Below, piece after piece: positions 36,101 to 50,300 of a stretch of 64,000 bases of DNA. Numbering within the stretch: the first letter of the stretch is position 1; each line of letters opens with the position of its first letter. Location: contig CM102290.1 of assembly GCA_046563655.1 (NCBI GenBank), forward strand, positions 1,178,001 to 1,242,000, written 5' to 3'. The DNA is from Yuukianura sp. NJ FZ-2021. Taxonomy: Eukaryota. A model generated the notes under the pieces. It had not been told where the DNA came from and ran no database searches. It was given only the letters and a program-made list of their open reading frames with translations. Both the position numbers and the translations under genes were made by a program.

Positions 36101-38039
36101 GGAAATGGCTGTTGACCTTTGACATTGGTAGAATTCTTCTTGGAAGGGCGTGGTTCCCATCATTAAGAAGTGGGAGTAATTCCATTTGCCAAGAGTCTTT
36201 TACTATAATCAACTGTCGTTTCATTTGGACAGAGCATATACGTCAAAGACTTTGACAAACATTTTTTAATTTCATCAAGGATCCTATGTTGATTACCCTT
36301 TCATTTTTACGCATCAAGGAAATGTCTTTCCCTACGCTTTTAATTTTCCCGCTTTATTTTTCTCTTCAATATCAAACTTAGTATAGAAGCGAACACTGCC
36401 TAGTTAGTTAGAAAGTACTGCTTAATTTTTCGTAATCAGCTTACACTTGAAGCGAAAAAAAGGATAGAGCGTGACGCAGAAAATCGAAAAATTAAAATGT
36501 TTCACTATTCAGATTTGATTCCAAAGAGTCCGAGAATGAAAAACGTGAAACGCTTCTTTTAATTTGCGATCACTGAAACTGCAAGTTCGCACAACCGCTT
36601 TGTAGTTTCTGTTTGAGCTTGAAATTATTGCAAGAAATTGATTGAAGGGTGTTTGCAATTTTCGTTTGATGAGAATGATGTTGTACATTTGGTTCAGTTA
36701 AATTCCCTTTGGGATTCTAATGGGTTCAAAGGAAAATATCTTTTGGCACATAACTTTGTCGGTTTTCTGGTTCTGGTGAAAAGTATAGAAAGCCACATAG
36801 AATAGTTTGTAGGGATTGGCGGATCTAAGAACGCTGGAAGCCCAGATCAAGTACAAAATCTCCTATTTCGACATGCAAATCCTCTCCTCTGCCAAAGACA
36901 ACTGAAACAATTTGCATATTTGCAACGAGTGAGGGTGGGGAGCTCATCTTTGGAGTAATGAAGATAGCGGAAATGGAGGGTGCGGGTTCATGAAAGAGAC
37001 ACTTCAACTGCCCTACCTGTGTGGCCAGCGAGACTCAAGCCAGGAGATTAGATGCGGAAAGTCATTAGTTTCTAATTTGGAAAGAGGCTTTTGGAAAATG
37101 GCCACGCAAGGCTCCCTAGTCCCTTAAACTTAATTTCACCTTGATGACAATTTAAATTTTGTTTGGACTCGCACTTTCACTTCAGAGCATCCATTCAACT
37201 CAAAATTTTCCATTTGAATTGCCCTCTAACCAAAGCGCCTACGCTAATAGAATTCATTTCATCTCAACAGCATTTTCATTAGGGTTCTCCTATTAACGGC
37301 TTTCCAGGCACCAATAGCACGTTGGAGTCATGAGTGCGTCATTTCTCAACCGAGTTTGAATTTTTTTGAAACCCACTTTGAAAATTCCTTTAGCTGGGTT
37401 CGAATTTCTCTTTCAATTCGTTTAAAAATTTCCTCTTCAGTTTCAAATGGAGTCGAACGCTACTTCTCGTTTTCACTATTACTCTGAAAATACAGAGCCC
37501 AAGAAAAATGTACTAAAATTACACCAAAGTCGACTCTTGTGATCTCTCAAGCGTGGCAGGAGAATCGGAATCTGTGAGAACGTGATCTCCTATTACTTGT
37601 GAGTCCAATTGATTTTAGTGGTTGTAAAACCCTGTGTTCCTTTGGGTGAAAGTGGAAAGGTGGATGGTTGGACTTGGGAAGTGGGTGCTGAAGTGGCGTT
37701 TCCTTGGAGAATAACACTTCCATTTACTTCTGAACCACACTGTACTTTGTGGATCCACGAAGTACCCCTTGTTCCCTTACTAAAAGACCTCGTGAAGAGG
37801 TTCAAATGAACACTTTCTCGAGAGACTTGAGCCCAATTTCCTTGAGCATTACACGACCATCAGTAAATCATTAGCCAAAGTGCCGTCATACCTCTGTGTT
37901 CTATTTCTGTTTCTAGGGGAAACGACAAGTATACTGTGGTCCGTGTCCTTCGTCACGGTGATCTCACTGCCCGGACTTAGGTTTCAGAAGGACTCCAAAG
38001 TGCCCGTGTCCCACATCACTTCCGAGGCGTAGACGATTT

Positions 38040-38109
38040 ATGGCCAGAATGAGGAAAGATGGACGTGAGGAAATATTCTTGGCTGCCTTCCTCATCCTTT
38101 CCCTTCCAG
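38040..38109 (+). CDS. Cadherin-domain protein, coding exon 1 (signal peptide)
   Basis: Reads MARMRKDGREEIFLAAFLILSLP. Donor CAG|GTTAGT at 38110, phase 1. Upstream acceptor TTCTATTTCTGTTTCTAG at 37916 suggests a spliced 5' UTR. Completes a signal peptide when joined to 57445 (...SLPGILSA). Confidence 0.7.
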
Positions 38110-41100
38110 GTTAGTTTCAACTTAATATTTTACCGTCAATACTTAAATTTAAACCTAACCTAAACGTAGCCTAAAATTTAATAACCTCTAAACATGTACT
38201 ACGGAGCTCCAAAACACTAAACTGAAACGACAGAGCCCAATTTAAAGTTAATTTTTTATAAACTTTGTCCAAACTTCACAAAATAATTTTAATTACTTTC
38301 TCCAGAGAGTACAGCAATGAGAAGCTGAATTGTTAATTGAAATTAAACGGAAACAAAAGTCAGAAAGTTTTTCTCTCTTTTTTTTTGGAAAACATGGAAA
38401 CTTCTTGTTCAAAACAGAATTGTTTTTAATTTAAAAAATTTCCAGAGTAATCTTGGTGAAACGGGACGGAAGAGGAAGTTTTGGTTGGGCTTCCTCCTTC
38501 TGTTCTGTCCTATCCTAACACGTAAGTCTCTGTTCCCTTATGACTGTACGTGAGTAGACAAGGACTTAATGGAAAGTAGTTCAAAGTGTCATGTCTCCTG
38601 CCAGTTTCCAAGCTTTACTTGAAAACCTTGTGTCAATTCTCATGAGAAAACTGTGTGTGGTAGTAAAAGTTGAATTTTGGAAAGCCGTGTAACGTTGAAT
38701 CTTCTCGTCCGCCAGGCTTAACAACCAGACGCGCCAAGTTTTAAAAGCCTTCACTTGCTTCACCTTCAGTTTTTGAACGGAGAAAGGAGAGTAGAGAGTC
38801 GCTTTCCATTTCTTCCTAGCACAAACACACAGGTGACAAGTGATGAATTTCATCAATTAACAAAAGTTAGGAACTAAAATTTAAAATTCCCCGTAATATT
38901 GAATTGAACAGCCTATTTAGGACGACAATATCCTCAGTTTAAAGTACATTCATGTATCGTCAACATATTTTTGAGCTAGAAAACATGAATAATTCCAAAT
39001 ATTCGAAAAGAAAGACATGTTTTATATGGGTTTAAAATAATTCCCGAAACTTTCAAATTTTCTACAAGACTTTTTGTGTTTTTGCCTTGGTTGGTTTTAA
39101 AAAATGTTAAACTAGAACTCCAGGAATTCGATTCGGATCGATTTATTTTTTGGATACATTTTTTTTCTGGTGTTGATTTTGATATTTTTAGACAACAATA
39201 TCAAAACTTGTATTTTTTTGTAACTTGAATTTAGAAGCTGAGTGAAAAATAATAGGTCACTGGAAATTTTCACATGGAATAACGAATATACGCAGTGTCA
39301 GTTGTTAGCGAAACATTTTGTTCTTGGATATCAAACTGTTCAATTTTTTTTTGTTCCCTGTTCTACTGGGAAAACTTTTTCTTTGGAAGGCCGAAAAAAC
39401 CTCCATTTCATAGAAATTAGATTCGATTGCGCCATTTTCAAACACTTTTTTTTACTCAAGACAAATACAAGAATGTTTCTAACGTGAAGATCAATTTAAA
39501 AATCCAGGCGTCCCATATTCCCTGAAGCAAGATTTGGAAAACATTTTGCCACGAGTTCTAATTTTCAAAGAGAGAAAAGATTGGAAGCCCATGTTTCCAC
39601 GTAGAAAATAGAAAGGAGAAAGTTGTCTAGTTGTACGTAAGGCGTATTTCCTAGCCTCTGAGGCTCTAACTTTCAATTGTCTTCTGACAACTCCATGAAA
39701 AATTCAGTTCCTTCGAACCAGCCAACCAACTTTCCTGTTACACTTTAACACAACTACATTCTATATTCTATGTTCTATGTTCCAGACAACAACTTCTTTA
39801 TTTCGTTAATTCAAAAGGAAACGACTTTTTGGGTATCTTAGGGCTCGAAAATTAATACAATATTGAACAAAACTGCAATTGGAACAAGAAACTGAATTAA
39901 ATAGAGCTTAAATTAGGTAGTTTTCTTTGTATTTGCTCACTTTACAATGAAGTAACAAAAGTTGCATTTTCAGAAACAAAACAATATGCCATTTCAAAAT
40001 ACAGCCGAAGATAAAACTTACAAAAATGGAAAGGAATTAGTTTATTTCTGGATTCTGAGCCTGTGAAGACGTTGACAAACTAATTACGGTGGGACGACTG
40101 ATCCTCAAGGATCATCGTCTAGTCCTTGAAGGTTACACCTTCCACTTTGTGAAACTATAAGAAGAGGCCTTCATTTTAGATGAGGAATGAAGGGAGAGTC
40201 GCTAGTTCAGAAAAGTTGCACGTCGCTCAATAAATTAAGCGTCTTGTCAGTGAAAATGTGTTGATTTTGCCTCAAGTTTTGGTTGCTTTCGCTCCGCTTT
40301 CTCTGGAGACCGAGGAAAAGAGTGTCGAGTCTTAATTTCAAAGACCAAGTTTAGTTCCAAAATCCCAGCAGGCATCCCTGCATAACTAAGTCGAGTAACC
40401 GCATAGTTTCAGTCTCACTGACGCTCCTAAGCATTTCACAGATCCAGTTCAGACGAAGGAAGCGGATCAGAGAATGAGGGACGAAGGGCTCTTGGTTTCC
40501 CGCTCAAACGCCTTGCCAACAACACTTCAGGCTTTTGGCGGGACTTGGAATTTAAATCACTTCCAAATCTGTATCGATCTCTGAGTCCAAATCCTAATTC
40601 TCTTGAAACAAAACGGAATTCAAGAGTCAAGACCCTCGAGAGTAAAGAAACTAGCCTGTTACGAAAAAGAATTCGAATAAAAGAATTTAGAAAAAGTCAT
40701 TTTATTTTCTAAGAATTATTATTCTTTTGAAAAATAATTTTCACTTCTCACCAAATTCCATTTTTCATTTCAAATTCATGGCTCACACCGCCTTTGAAAA
40801 TTCCATTGGTATTTAAAAAAAGTGGGATTAGGTTATGGAGCTGCGAGGTTGGTCGTCAGCGGGAAGAATAGGAAATGATGCCTGTGAAAAGCATGGAGGT
40901 TGATCTCCCATCGACGCATGAATGGGAAGAACTTTTCTGCAAAAGGAAAACCTTACTACTTGTACATTCCTTTCTTCTTTGTATCTTGCCTCACTTTTCA
41001 CATCCAATCTCAAACTCTAGAGATTTAGAGACCAAAAGATCCACATCCACTAACCAAAATAACTGAGCCACCAATTTCAAATTTTTTTTTTGCTGAACAA

Positions 41101-42808
41101 ACCAGTGTTCGTGGTGCCACTTTCAGATTCAAACCAGATTCAGAGTTGAACAAACCCAAATTTTTGTAATCCGAATACGAACATTTTTTTTATAAGCTCT
41201 TTAATTGCTAAGGAATGATTTCGTTTTTGTATCGGATTGGAAACTCCAACTTGGTAGGCTGTTATACCCCAACGCCAAAAAAACAACTTTTATCATCTCG
41301 TTTCCGAACTAATACTATAAAATATTTTTTTTTGTACTGTTGACTAAGTTGCTGTTTATCAGCCTGTGTTTGCACAATTTTCTCAAAGAAATGCAGAAAT
41401 ACCCTTCCCTAGCTCATGGAGATTTTCAAAGTGTTAAAAGTTAATCAAAGTCATTTCCCTCAGGAATAGACGCGGGAGAAAGTTTTTGTTACCTGACAAA
41501 ATTTGAAACACATTTCCAATTTTCCCACACTTTTTCTACATGACCTCAACACAAAGGGTGGATTTGGGAGTGATGCAGCCTTTGAGCTCTCGGGTTGCTA
41601 AACTTATAAAATAAAAAGTAGGCTCTCCAGACACATTTGCAGCAGTAGTTTGAGTTTTTATTGACCTCGGCTTACACAAGTGAGAACCCGCTACTCAAGT
41701 CTCAGTTTACCAGTTTACGAGCCGGGAAGGGGTGGATGTGGAGGGGGAGCTTGTGTGGAAAAGGAGCCTTGTAGGATTTCAAGGGGCCTCTTATCATATG
41801 CTTTCACTTTATGGACCCTTACCCATTTCCACCAAAACTGGAAAACAAAGTCCCTGTTCTAATTTTCAAGGATTGTCCCTTCAACCACTTCAAAATCCTT
41901 CTTTGTCTCGACAAAAACAGTGTGTTCGTTTTTTAGCAAGAAGAGTTGGATGAAAATGTTCAATTTGATGCTTTCAGGATTAAATCGAGAGGGAATTCTA
42001 GAAGACTGAATTTTTTTCTTCTTGAAACTGGGCGGGTCTGGATCCTTCAAAAGTTTGAGAGTCATGTGTGGACTAGTTGGGCGGTAGGGAGCCCTTTGGA
42101 TGTTTTAGAAGTCTTTGGTGCTGGTACTGCTGCTGGAGAGATATATTGCTGGGAAATACAAGGCAATAAGATCTTTCCCTCCATTTGCTACCTAAACACT
42201 TTCAAAAAGTCGTTTCCGAAAAAGTCTGAAGTTGAAGTTCTGAAAGGATAGAGGCTCAGCAGGAGAAAGTTAGCTTCAATTCCACAGCAAACATCAACTT
42301 TCTACTCGCTCCCGGGTAGCTTCTTACTTTCTCTCTTTTTGCCCAGCTTGGACAAATACAGCCACATTGTTTCCAGAGCAAATAGGAGAAGAAAAAAATT
42401 CTCTTGGACTCCAATCCTTTTCGAACCAAATTGAAATTTGTCCCCAAAAATTCTTGATCTACATAAATCTAGGCGACGGTTCCTTTCATTTTCAATTCAT
42501 TCAATTTGTTTCTTGGCTCAGAAAAAGTTTGTTTTCCCTTCTTTTTCCAATTTTCTTGAATAACTTCAATCCAACACTCTTCTCTCCCACTTCCTCCTTT
42601 TTTCTAAATGAATTTCCGTATAAACAGGAAAGTAACTTTTGGTCAAACTTTTTCTTCAGTCCAGCTTTTCCATTCAACTCTGCAAGTACTTGTAAACACT
42701 TTTTTCTTCAAAAAATGTTCTTTTGGGACAGAAAGTTTCAATTATAACCTTTTTTTTTGGAAAAATTGTTTACTCAAGAAGCTATAACTTCTTTATTTGC
42801 ATTCTAAG

Positions 42809-42854
42809 GTAGATTTGTATCGGAGAGAGTATATCCTCTCCGATACAAATCTAC
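42809..42854. repeat. Perfect 19-bp inverted repeat (hairpin, 8-nt loop)
   Basis: GTAGATTTGTATCGGAGAG-agtatatc-CTCTCCGATACAAATCTAC. Confidence 0.9.
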
Positions 42855-45800
42855 GTAAGGATATACAAATTTCTAATACGAGAAATTTTAAATCGATATT
42901 TTCTCTAATAACGCCATTTCAAGATTAAATGGAAATGTGTAAACGTTTTTTGTGGTTTTTGTTTTGCCATTTGAATACAGCTTTTTTTGGAAAAGTTGAA
43001 ATGCAAAAAAGCGCAAGGCAGAGTTGCCCGAGAATCACTTTAGTTTGGCAAGCAACGTCCATAGTAATGATATGGAGATAAAGGGGGTTGTGTGCCAAGG
43101 GACCCAGACGAACTCCATGTTCCCATTACTAATAAGTGGAAGTTCTGTTTTGTAGTCTTTGTAGAACAGTTTGTATTAAAGGCGAATTGTGGATTTCAGT
43201 AGGATTTTGAACAAATTTTGTATGTGTCTGTGGATTGTGTGGTTTTAAAGTTGAACGAATGCCATTTCCAATCCAATGACTTTCTCTCACTCTCTCCATT
43301 TACAAAGTCTAAACATGAAAATTTCCATTGGTCGGAATATTCCAAATGGAACGCACATAAAGATTTTCTAGAGAAAAAAGAAAGCGCGTCTGAAAGAAAC
43401 ACGGGACATGAACTCCGCCAATTCCCTTGGATATTTATTTCTTCAATTTCCATTGGTAATGCTCACTGCTTACTCACTATTTCCAACAGCCAAGCACTGG
43501 GAATCTTTTTTTTTTCGAAAATTCAAGTTTAGTCAAATATATTCTGCATGTAATTCTAGGTGTTTGTTGTGGAAATGAAAATGGAATCCCTTGCCTACGT
43601 CCAGATTGGAGCTTCAGATACTAGAGGAATTATGGATTTTCAACCAGCTTAAACCTGCTTTCTCTTACTCCATTGTACAAAATCTCATTTTCCTTGTTTG
43701 TTAATTTGCTAAATACATAACGACCAGAAACGGGGAATGGAAAATAAAACTTGGCTGCAATTTTGAGCAAAACGTTTTTCCTTTTTTGAAAACCTTGCCA
43801 AGTTTTAAAGTATTGGCACAAAACAAAATTTTCCAACAAAAAATGAATTAAATTTGTTCAATTAGGTTTTCTCTATGTTACATTTTTTCAACAATCCTAG
43901 TAGGTTCTGGATTTGCTTGACTTTCGTTTATAAATATAATTTTGCGAAGTTCTTTTTATAACTTTTCAGAGATGTAATTTGGAATTTCAAGAAAAAGTTT
44001 AGTATGAGTGAAACTTTGGTGCGGCTGAAAATAAAGCAAAGAATTCAAGGACTCGGAGGTACAAATGTCTTTTGAGTTGCAAGTTTGTGTTACATAAACA
44101 AAGCAAAAGCAAAAGTTCCTTTGAGTTTTGGATTCTGTTTATACTGGGTGTGGTTAGAAACCACAAAATTTGCTCGGCCATAATTTGTGGTCATGGAAAT
44201 ATAGCGTCTAATTTTCTCAGGGCCTCTTCAGAGCTAAATTTCAACCAACTTTTACCACACAGTTGCTTTTTTACTTGGCCTCACTAGTAGGCTTATTTAC
44301 TTTGTCTCATTGTTATGCCTTGTATACTAACCTAACATAGGCGAAAATGTTTAATACTTTAGTACATTTAATGGTGTGCGTGTATAAGATGTTAAATACT
44401 TTTAAAAACGAAGAAAAAAAGAGGAATTAGGTTTAAAACAGCTAATAATTTCATGATCTCAAATTACATGAAGATTGCAACATATTTTGATGAAAGCTTA
44501 AATCCATATTGAAAACAGCAACAACGTGCAAATTGGAAAACGCTGTGTTCCTGTTCCTTCCGGATTCGTACGCTCAATACACAACCATATTGCAGTCAAG
44601 GTTCGTAAACAAAAAAAAAACCCTTCCCACACCAGGTTGTCCAATAACTGGAAATTTTTAAATTTGTTTGAAAATAGCAACTCTGAGTTTCTGTGGTAAT
44701 TTTTGTATGAATGTAAATGGGATTGGTGCAGAAATTTGTTTGAAGTAAGATTTTTGAAAACCTTGAGTCATTGGGCAACCTGTTGTAGAAATTCCAATTC
44801 GGTTGTCAGGGAACCTTGATTGGAGTCTTTGTGTGGGTGCTTTATGACCTGGACTGTGTTGTATCTTTGTTGAGGAAGTGGGATATTTCTATTAAGTCTG
44901 TGATGAAAGGAAGTGGGAATGGTGGGATATGATGTTTATTGGATTCTTTGGTGGCTGGTGTCTTGGGTGTTTCTTCCAGAAATCAGTAAGTGCTGGAAGT
45001 GGCTGGATGGGATGTGATAGGAGAAAGTAAACTTTGTTCCTACGTGCTCAATCTTCTCTTCCAGGGAATTCGCTCCTTCCCAGCCACATTGCACGTCTCC
45101 TCAATATTGCTTCCTTCCTACTGGATTATTCCAAAATGCTGTTCAAGAAGATAGACCCACCCACGTTATGAACTGTACCTCCTGGATCTGAGTCCAATTG
45201 TTCTTTTTATTTCATTTCATAGGGTTTACACAAAGGTTAGGCTCAGTAAATGGTCTATGGAACTGAACGCTTTCTCTCTAACCAACAAATTCAAGCACAC
45301 TCACCCAGTCTTTGGGGATTTTGTGAATAAAGCGAAACATTTGTGGCCTCCAAATGCTGAAAGAGAACGGCTAGGATCGTCAGAGGGCTAAAGCTTGAGA
45401 TCCAAATCCAAATTCTTCCATTGAGGAAATTTAGGAAAACAATAGGATCGGGACCAGAGTGGAGGACTTTGGTATTTGAAAAGACTGAGTTGCGGTGGAG
45501 TTCTGGACACGACACGTTAGGTTTAGTACTGGATTGGACGGAAATACAAGCTCATTTTCAGGAGCCATGGAGCTCCCGGGATTCTGTGATCCTATTCATG
45601 AGAACTCTGTTTGTTTTTATTTTGGTGTGGGAGTAGTGGGTTGAATTGAATTTAATTAAGTTCTAGACTCACTCTTTCAAAAACTGAATCTTAAAAGGAA
45701 TTAGCACAAACCCCTTTCCTGACTCACACAAAAAGTTTAAAAGTTACCTCCAGTTTTTGACGTTGTTTTTGGAGAATATTGGATTTGAGTCACAATGGCT

Positions 45801-47352
45801 AAGAACATGCTGGCTTTCGACAGAACTTGAGAATTCTGCTGGTGGTTTCTGTTTTTAGAAAATAAAAACAATGAACCTACTGTAGTATGGTTCCTGCTGT
45901 GGAGAAAGTCCCCAGAGTTAATTAACGCTTTGATTGCTAACACAACTTTCCGTTAATCGCAAAAGCTTTGAACTCGCTTTCGCGAATTTCAGTTTTCAAA
46001 ACGTAGCACAAAGTTCATATTAATACACGGTCGAGCTTGAGAAGCGGTACAAACTCAACGATTTTTGTGGTCGCCAGTTGTAGAATCTTCTTGATAACCT
46101 TACTTTTTTAAATAAACAAAAAGGTACAATAGAATTGTAGAATTTCATTTTGTCAAAGAAATGGTATTTGAAATTTGAAATTAAGGTTGGTCAGGAGCGA
46201 ATTTTTTTAATCAAAACTCTGCACAATACAAACCTCTGTTTTTATTCCTCCCTTTACTTCTCCCAGGCGTCTTTTCTTTTTAAAAAAAAAGAAAGCGTAG
46301 GAGCCCGGAGATGGGCTCTAAATTCAATCTTCAAAATGGATCCCATATCTCATAGGTGTGCATGGCCATTTTTTTTGAAAAGGACACGAGGCAAAGAGCG
46401 TTCCATTCTGGTGGTATTAAAGGGCCTGAAATAACGGGAGTTTCAAAAAAAAACTGTGCTTTCTCCCCGCTGTTCCTGGAGATGAGTCGTAGCCGTCTAT
46501 TTACACTTTCTCCATGACGACCAGCATGCTTTCCTTCCATTTACCCACCATAACACACCGCCCCCACCTCCACAACGCCCCACCCACCTCTGAAAAGAAA
46601 GTGCGAGACAGCATGCGATGTGGATGCCTTAATGAAAAGTGAAGAGGACGGAAATGAAATGAAGTGTTTGGACGAGATTTAATATCAAGCAAAGCCAAGT
46701 CTCCATTTGTTTCACTTTTTCATTTACTAACGTCAAAACCACACAAAAATAATTTCAATTTCGCGTTTGGATGTCGGAAGTGGCTTACCCTCTCATCTCT
46801 CTGTGCCTAAACTAATCTTCCAATCTTATAAAATCGCACCCAACCTTGGAAAATTGCATTTTTTGAACTTTTTTTCCTTAATTTTTTAACCTACAATGAA
46901 AAATAAACAAGAAGGCAGGAACGGAAGACTTTGAGGAAATGGAGCAGTTAGGGATTTGACTTTGAAATCGGATCAGTTGCAGAGGTGTTGATGAAGAGAG
47001 AAAGTGGAAGGTTAAGGAGCGTAGGTGTCTGGAAAGTGGATGGCTGGAGGAATAGGCGGTAGATTCAAGTCATTAGTTTAGACTTGGTACTGTAGGCAAG
47101 ATTCTTAAGTGTCTTGTTAACGTGAGTCATGTCCTCACATTTCCTTCGTCATCACTTTTGTGGCGCTTCCTGAAGACCCTTGAGGCGTATCCACAGCTAC
47201 ACCACATAATAACGTCTCTATCGCCTTCCCCTTGTAGAACACTACAACTTACTCCGAATCAGTTCCAAAAACTATACGACGACTCCGGTCTCTTCTCAGC
47301 CTCAAAGCTAAACTGACGAAGGGAAAGTTGCACCACGGAGAAAACTCAAGTG

Positions 47353-47370
47353 ATCATCATCATCATCATC
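47353..47370. repeat. (ATC)6 microsatellite
   Basis: Read directly from the sequence. Confidence 0.75.
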
Positions 47371-50300
47371 AAAATACATTACCAACAACAGACGGCCACC
47401 CCCAGAACGACTTTCTACAAAAACATTTTTAACAACGTTCAATCCCCATCTAAAACCTTCCTGGGCACATGGCTCCCCAAACGTCACTTTAATTTTTTTC
47501 CCCATCATTTCAAAATCTTGTAAAGATTGGATAATTATAACCATCATATAACTCTCATGCAAAAAATCCATAATTTCCTTTTAAATTTTTGACAACTTTT
47601 TTTGTGAAACTTGGAGAATTTCTTTGCAATGTCTAGAAATAAGCGTCTATGAAGCAACAGTCAGTGACAGGTTGAAGTAAAATTTTAAGAACAAAAACAT
47701 TTTTTGCCAAAAAAAAATACACACAAAAATGGAAGGTACAAAAACATGAAAGTTACGTTTCTATTCCATAGAAATACAGAAGGAAGAAGTGGGAATGTAA
47801 TGAGAATGAAGACCCGATTCTATTACATAACTTCTGTTTTGAGGTTTCTTAAGGCAACGCAACTCTAACTAAAAAAAGTGTATCATTTTCAGAATCCTAG
47901 TGGGAAACGTTAATGCGTTCTACCTGGTGAAATTTTTGGTTTTGGCGTTATACCCAAAAAACTTTGCAAGGTCCCTGCTGAAAGTTGTTCGCTCGGTAGC
48001 AACTGCTTTCTCTTTTCCCCGTAGCAAATAATTTCGTGGCTAGGAAATTTCTGAGACTTTCCATTAATTATTAGTGCGGTGTGGTATGGGAACTAACCTA
48101 TTCTAGCGGCTGAGAACGTGCTGCGTCTAGCCCTATGAGGAGGCTTACGCAGTGCACCACCAGCTCCACTCCGTCTTCCCAAATGTCACTTTCCCCACTT
48201 TAACTTTCTTTTTAGAACTTACAACTAACCTATCCCCACTCACAACCGGGCACAATGCAAGGCCAAGAGCGCAATTTCCTAAGTGAAACCATCCTGGTTT
48301 ATTGTTGTGCATGAATACAACCACTTTAAAATGATTAAAGGGCAGAGGTCAAGCAAAGTAGTCACCAAAATGCATTCATTCCTGGCTCACGTTTAAGTCT
48401 GTTCCAAATTCTTGCCTAAAATAACATATATTTTTAGCATTCATGAATATTATTGCTAATTTTAGATGAAAGTAGAGACGGAGGGAGAAAATGACAGTGA
48501 ATGAAATCCGCATAAGAAAGTCAGGGAGTAACTCTTTTAGATTTCTTTGCACGGAAATCTTGGATGACCGAGTTCCATGATTCCATTTTTTTTTTCTTTT
48601 TTTGAAATTGAGATTTTCTGTATTTTCGATTTTTTTTTAGTTTTTTTTTAACACGCATGCTATGAGTTTTCTGCAGTGGATGTGGGCAATGCAATATGTA
48701 ATAAGTGAGTCAGTTGTTATTAGCCATATTTGAAAACTCCAGCGGCTTTCTTTCGGTAAAGAACTCAGACAATTTCACAAAGTACTATGTAAAAAACACG
48801 TTTTTTTGAGTGAGCACGAAAGATAAAGAACATGAACGCAACTTTGAACAGTACAAAAGTTTACGCACCTAACGTTTTTCGGAATCTAAGGAAAGGAACA
48901 TGAATTCCATTTTTTAGACATGACACTCCAATGGTTCACTTTAGTTTGAGCGTTGCAAATGGTAGAGTAAGGCGCTGTGAACCTCAAATGGAAAAGGATA
49001 AAGAAAAAGGGAAACAAAGTCCGTGCCCAAAGTGAAAGTAGAAAAAACGTGTGGAAATGGGAGAAGTATTCTCTGAATGTTGGACGTGATTTCCATGCCA
49101 AGGCACTCAGAGATGGAAAGTAGCTTTCTGTGCATACTAAGAACAACCAATTTCAATGGGAAAAGAGAACAATCACATTCAGATCAACCAAAAACAAAAT
49201 GCTTTCCCCAACTCCCTCAAACCCACTTTCCCAAAGTCAAATTAAAACTAATTTCTGGCAATTTCGCTTAAATTGAAAGCCGAGTTGGGAAAAGCTGTGC
49301 CATCAAAGTTGTTATAATAAAAGTCTTTTCACTTTTCCTCAAAAACGATTTCGTATAAACGATTTTAATAAATTATATAATTTTGGGGAAGGAAAAATTG
49401 AAAAACAAAAAATTAAGAGTAATGGAAGTCAAGGGTGTTCTTTCAGGAAAGTGAATTTTTCATTTAGTTTTTGAAAACTTAAAGAAAAAAAAACTGCTGA
49501 AAATGCGCTGACTGAAGAGTTTCCCCAAATTTTACCAAACAAAGGACGATAGGAGTAGAAGTTGGAGTTCCTCTAGGTTTTTGAAAAGATTTGAGAAAGT
49601 GGGTTTAATGGCTGAATTGAAACTTAAGTTTTGAAGGGCTGGAGTTGATATTTCATTTGATCAAGAGGGAAAGTTCAAAAAATGGAGCTGTGGTTGTGGT
49701 TCGAAAGAAGGAAGACGTTAGAAAGTGCTTCAGGATGGAAATCTCATCTCAATGGCCTCATTCCCTTCGGTTGGAATTTAAATTCAGAACAAGATCACTT
49801 TTCTTTTTTCTCCATGTGCTTCCTACTACAGTTTCTACAGAGAGCCTTCAGTTCCTTAATGTTCTCTCAACATATTTCCCAATAAATCACTTTCTCTACT
49901 ACCCAAAATATCATATGACCCACAACAAAGGCATTAAGGAGATTTATAATTTTTAAAACCACGATTCCTCTAACAATAAACTACCTCTAAAATGAATAGA
50001 ATCTTCCTATTTTGCGGTGGGAAAAAAAACAAGAATCGAAAACCTTGAAAATTGACATAATTTTGATTATTCAATCAATTTCCAATTAATCACAAAGGTT
50101 TTGCTGTTGTGTTTTCAAAAAGTTAGATTGAGAGGTTTTGAGGGAAGGTTTTTATTAGCTTCCGGTATTTATTAGTGCCTTCCGGCGAACGCCTCAGGTT
50201 ATGCTGATTCTAATTAGTGTTTCAAAAATTTAGATCAGACTTATGACGACGATACTATCTATCTGCCAGTTTTGAAATCTGTAGAACCTCCTTGGTATGA

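Noticed and set aside
41103..41186. Possible tiny CAGTGTTCGT...ACGAACATT MITE remnant
   Set aside because: TIR too short and degenerate, and no TSD.
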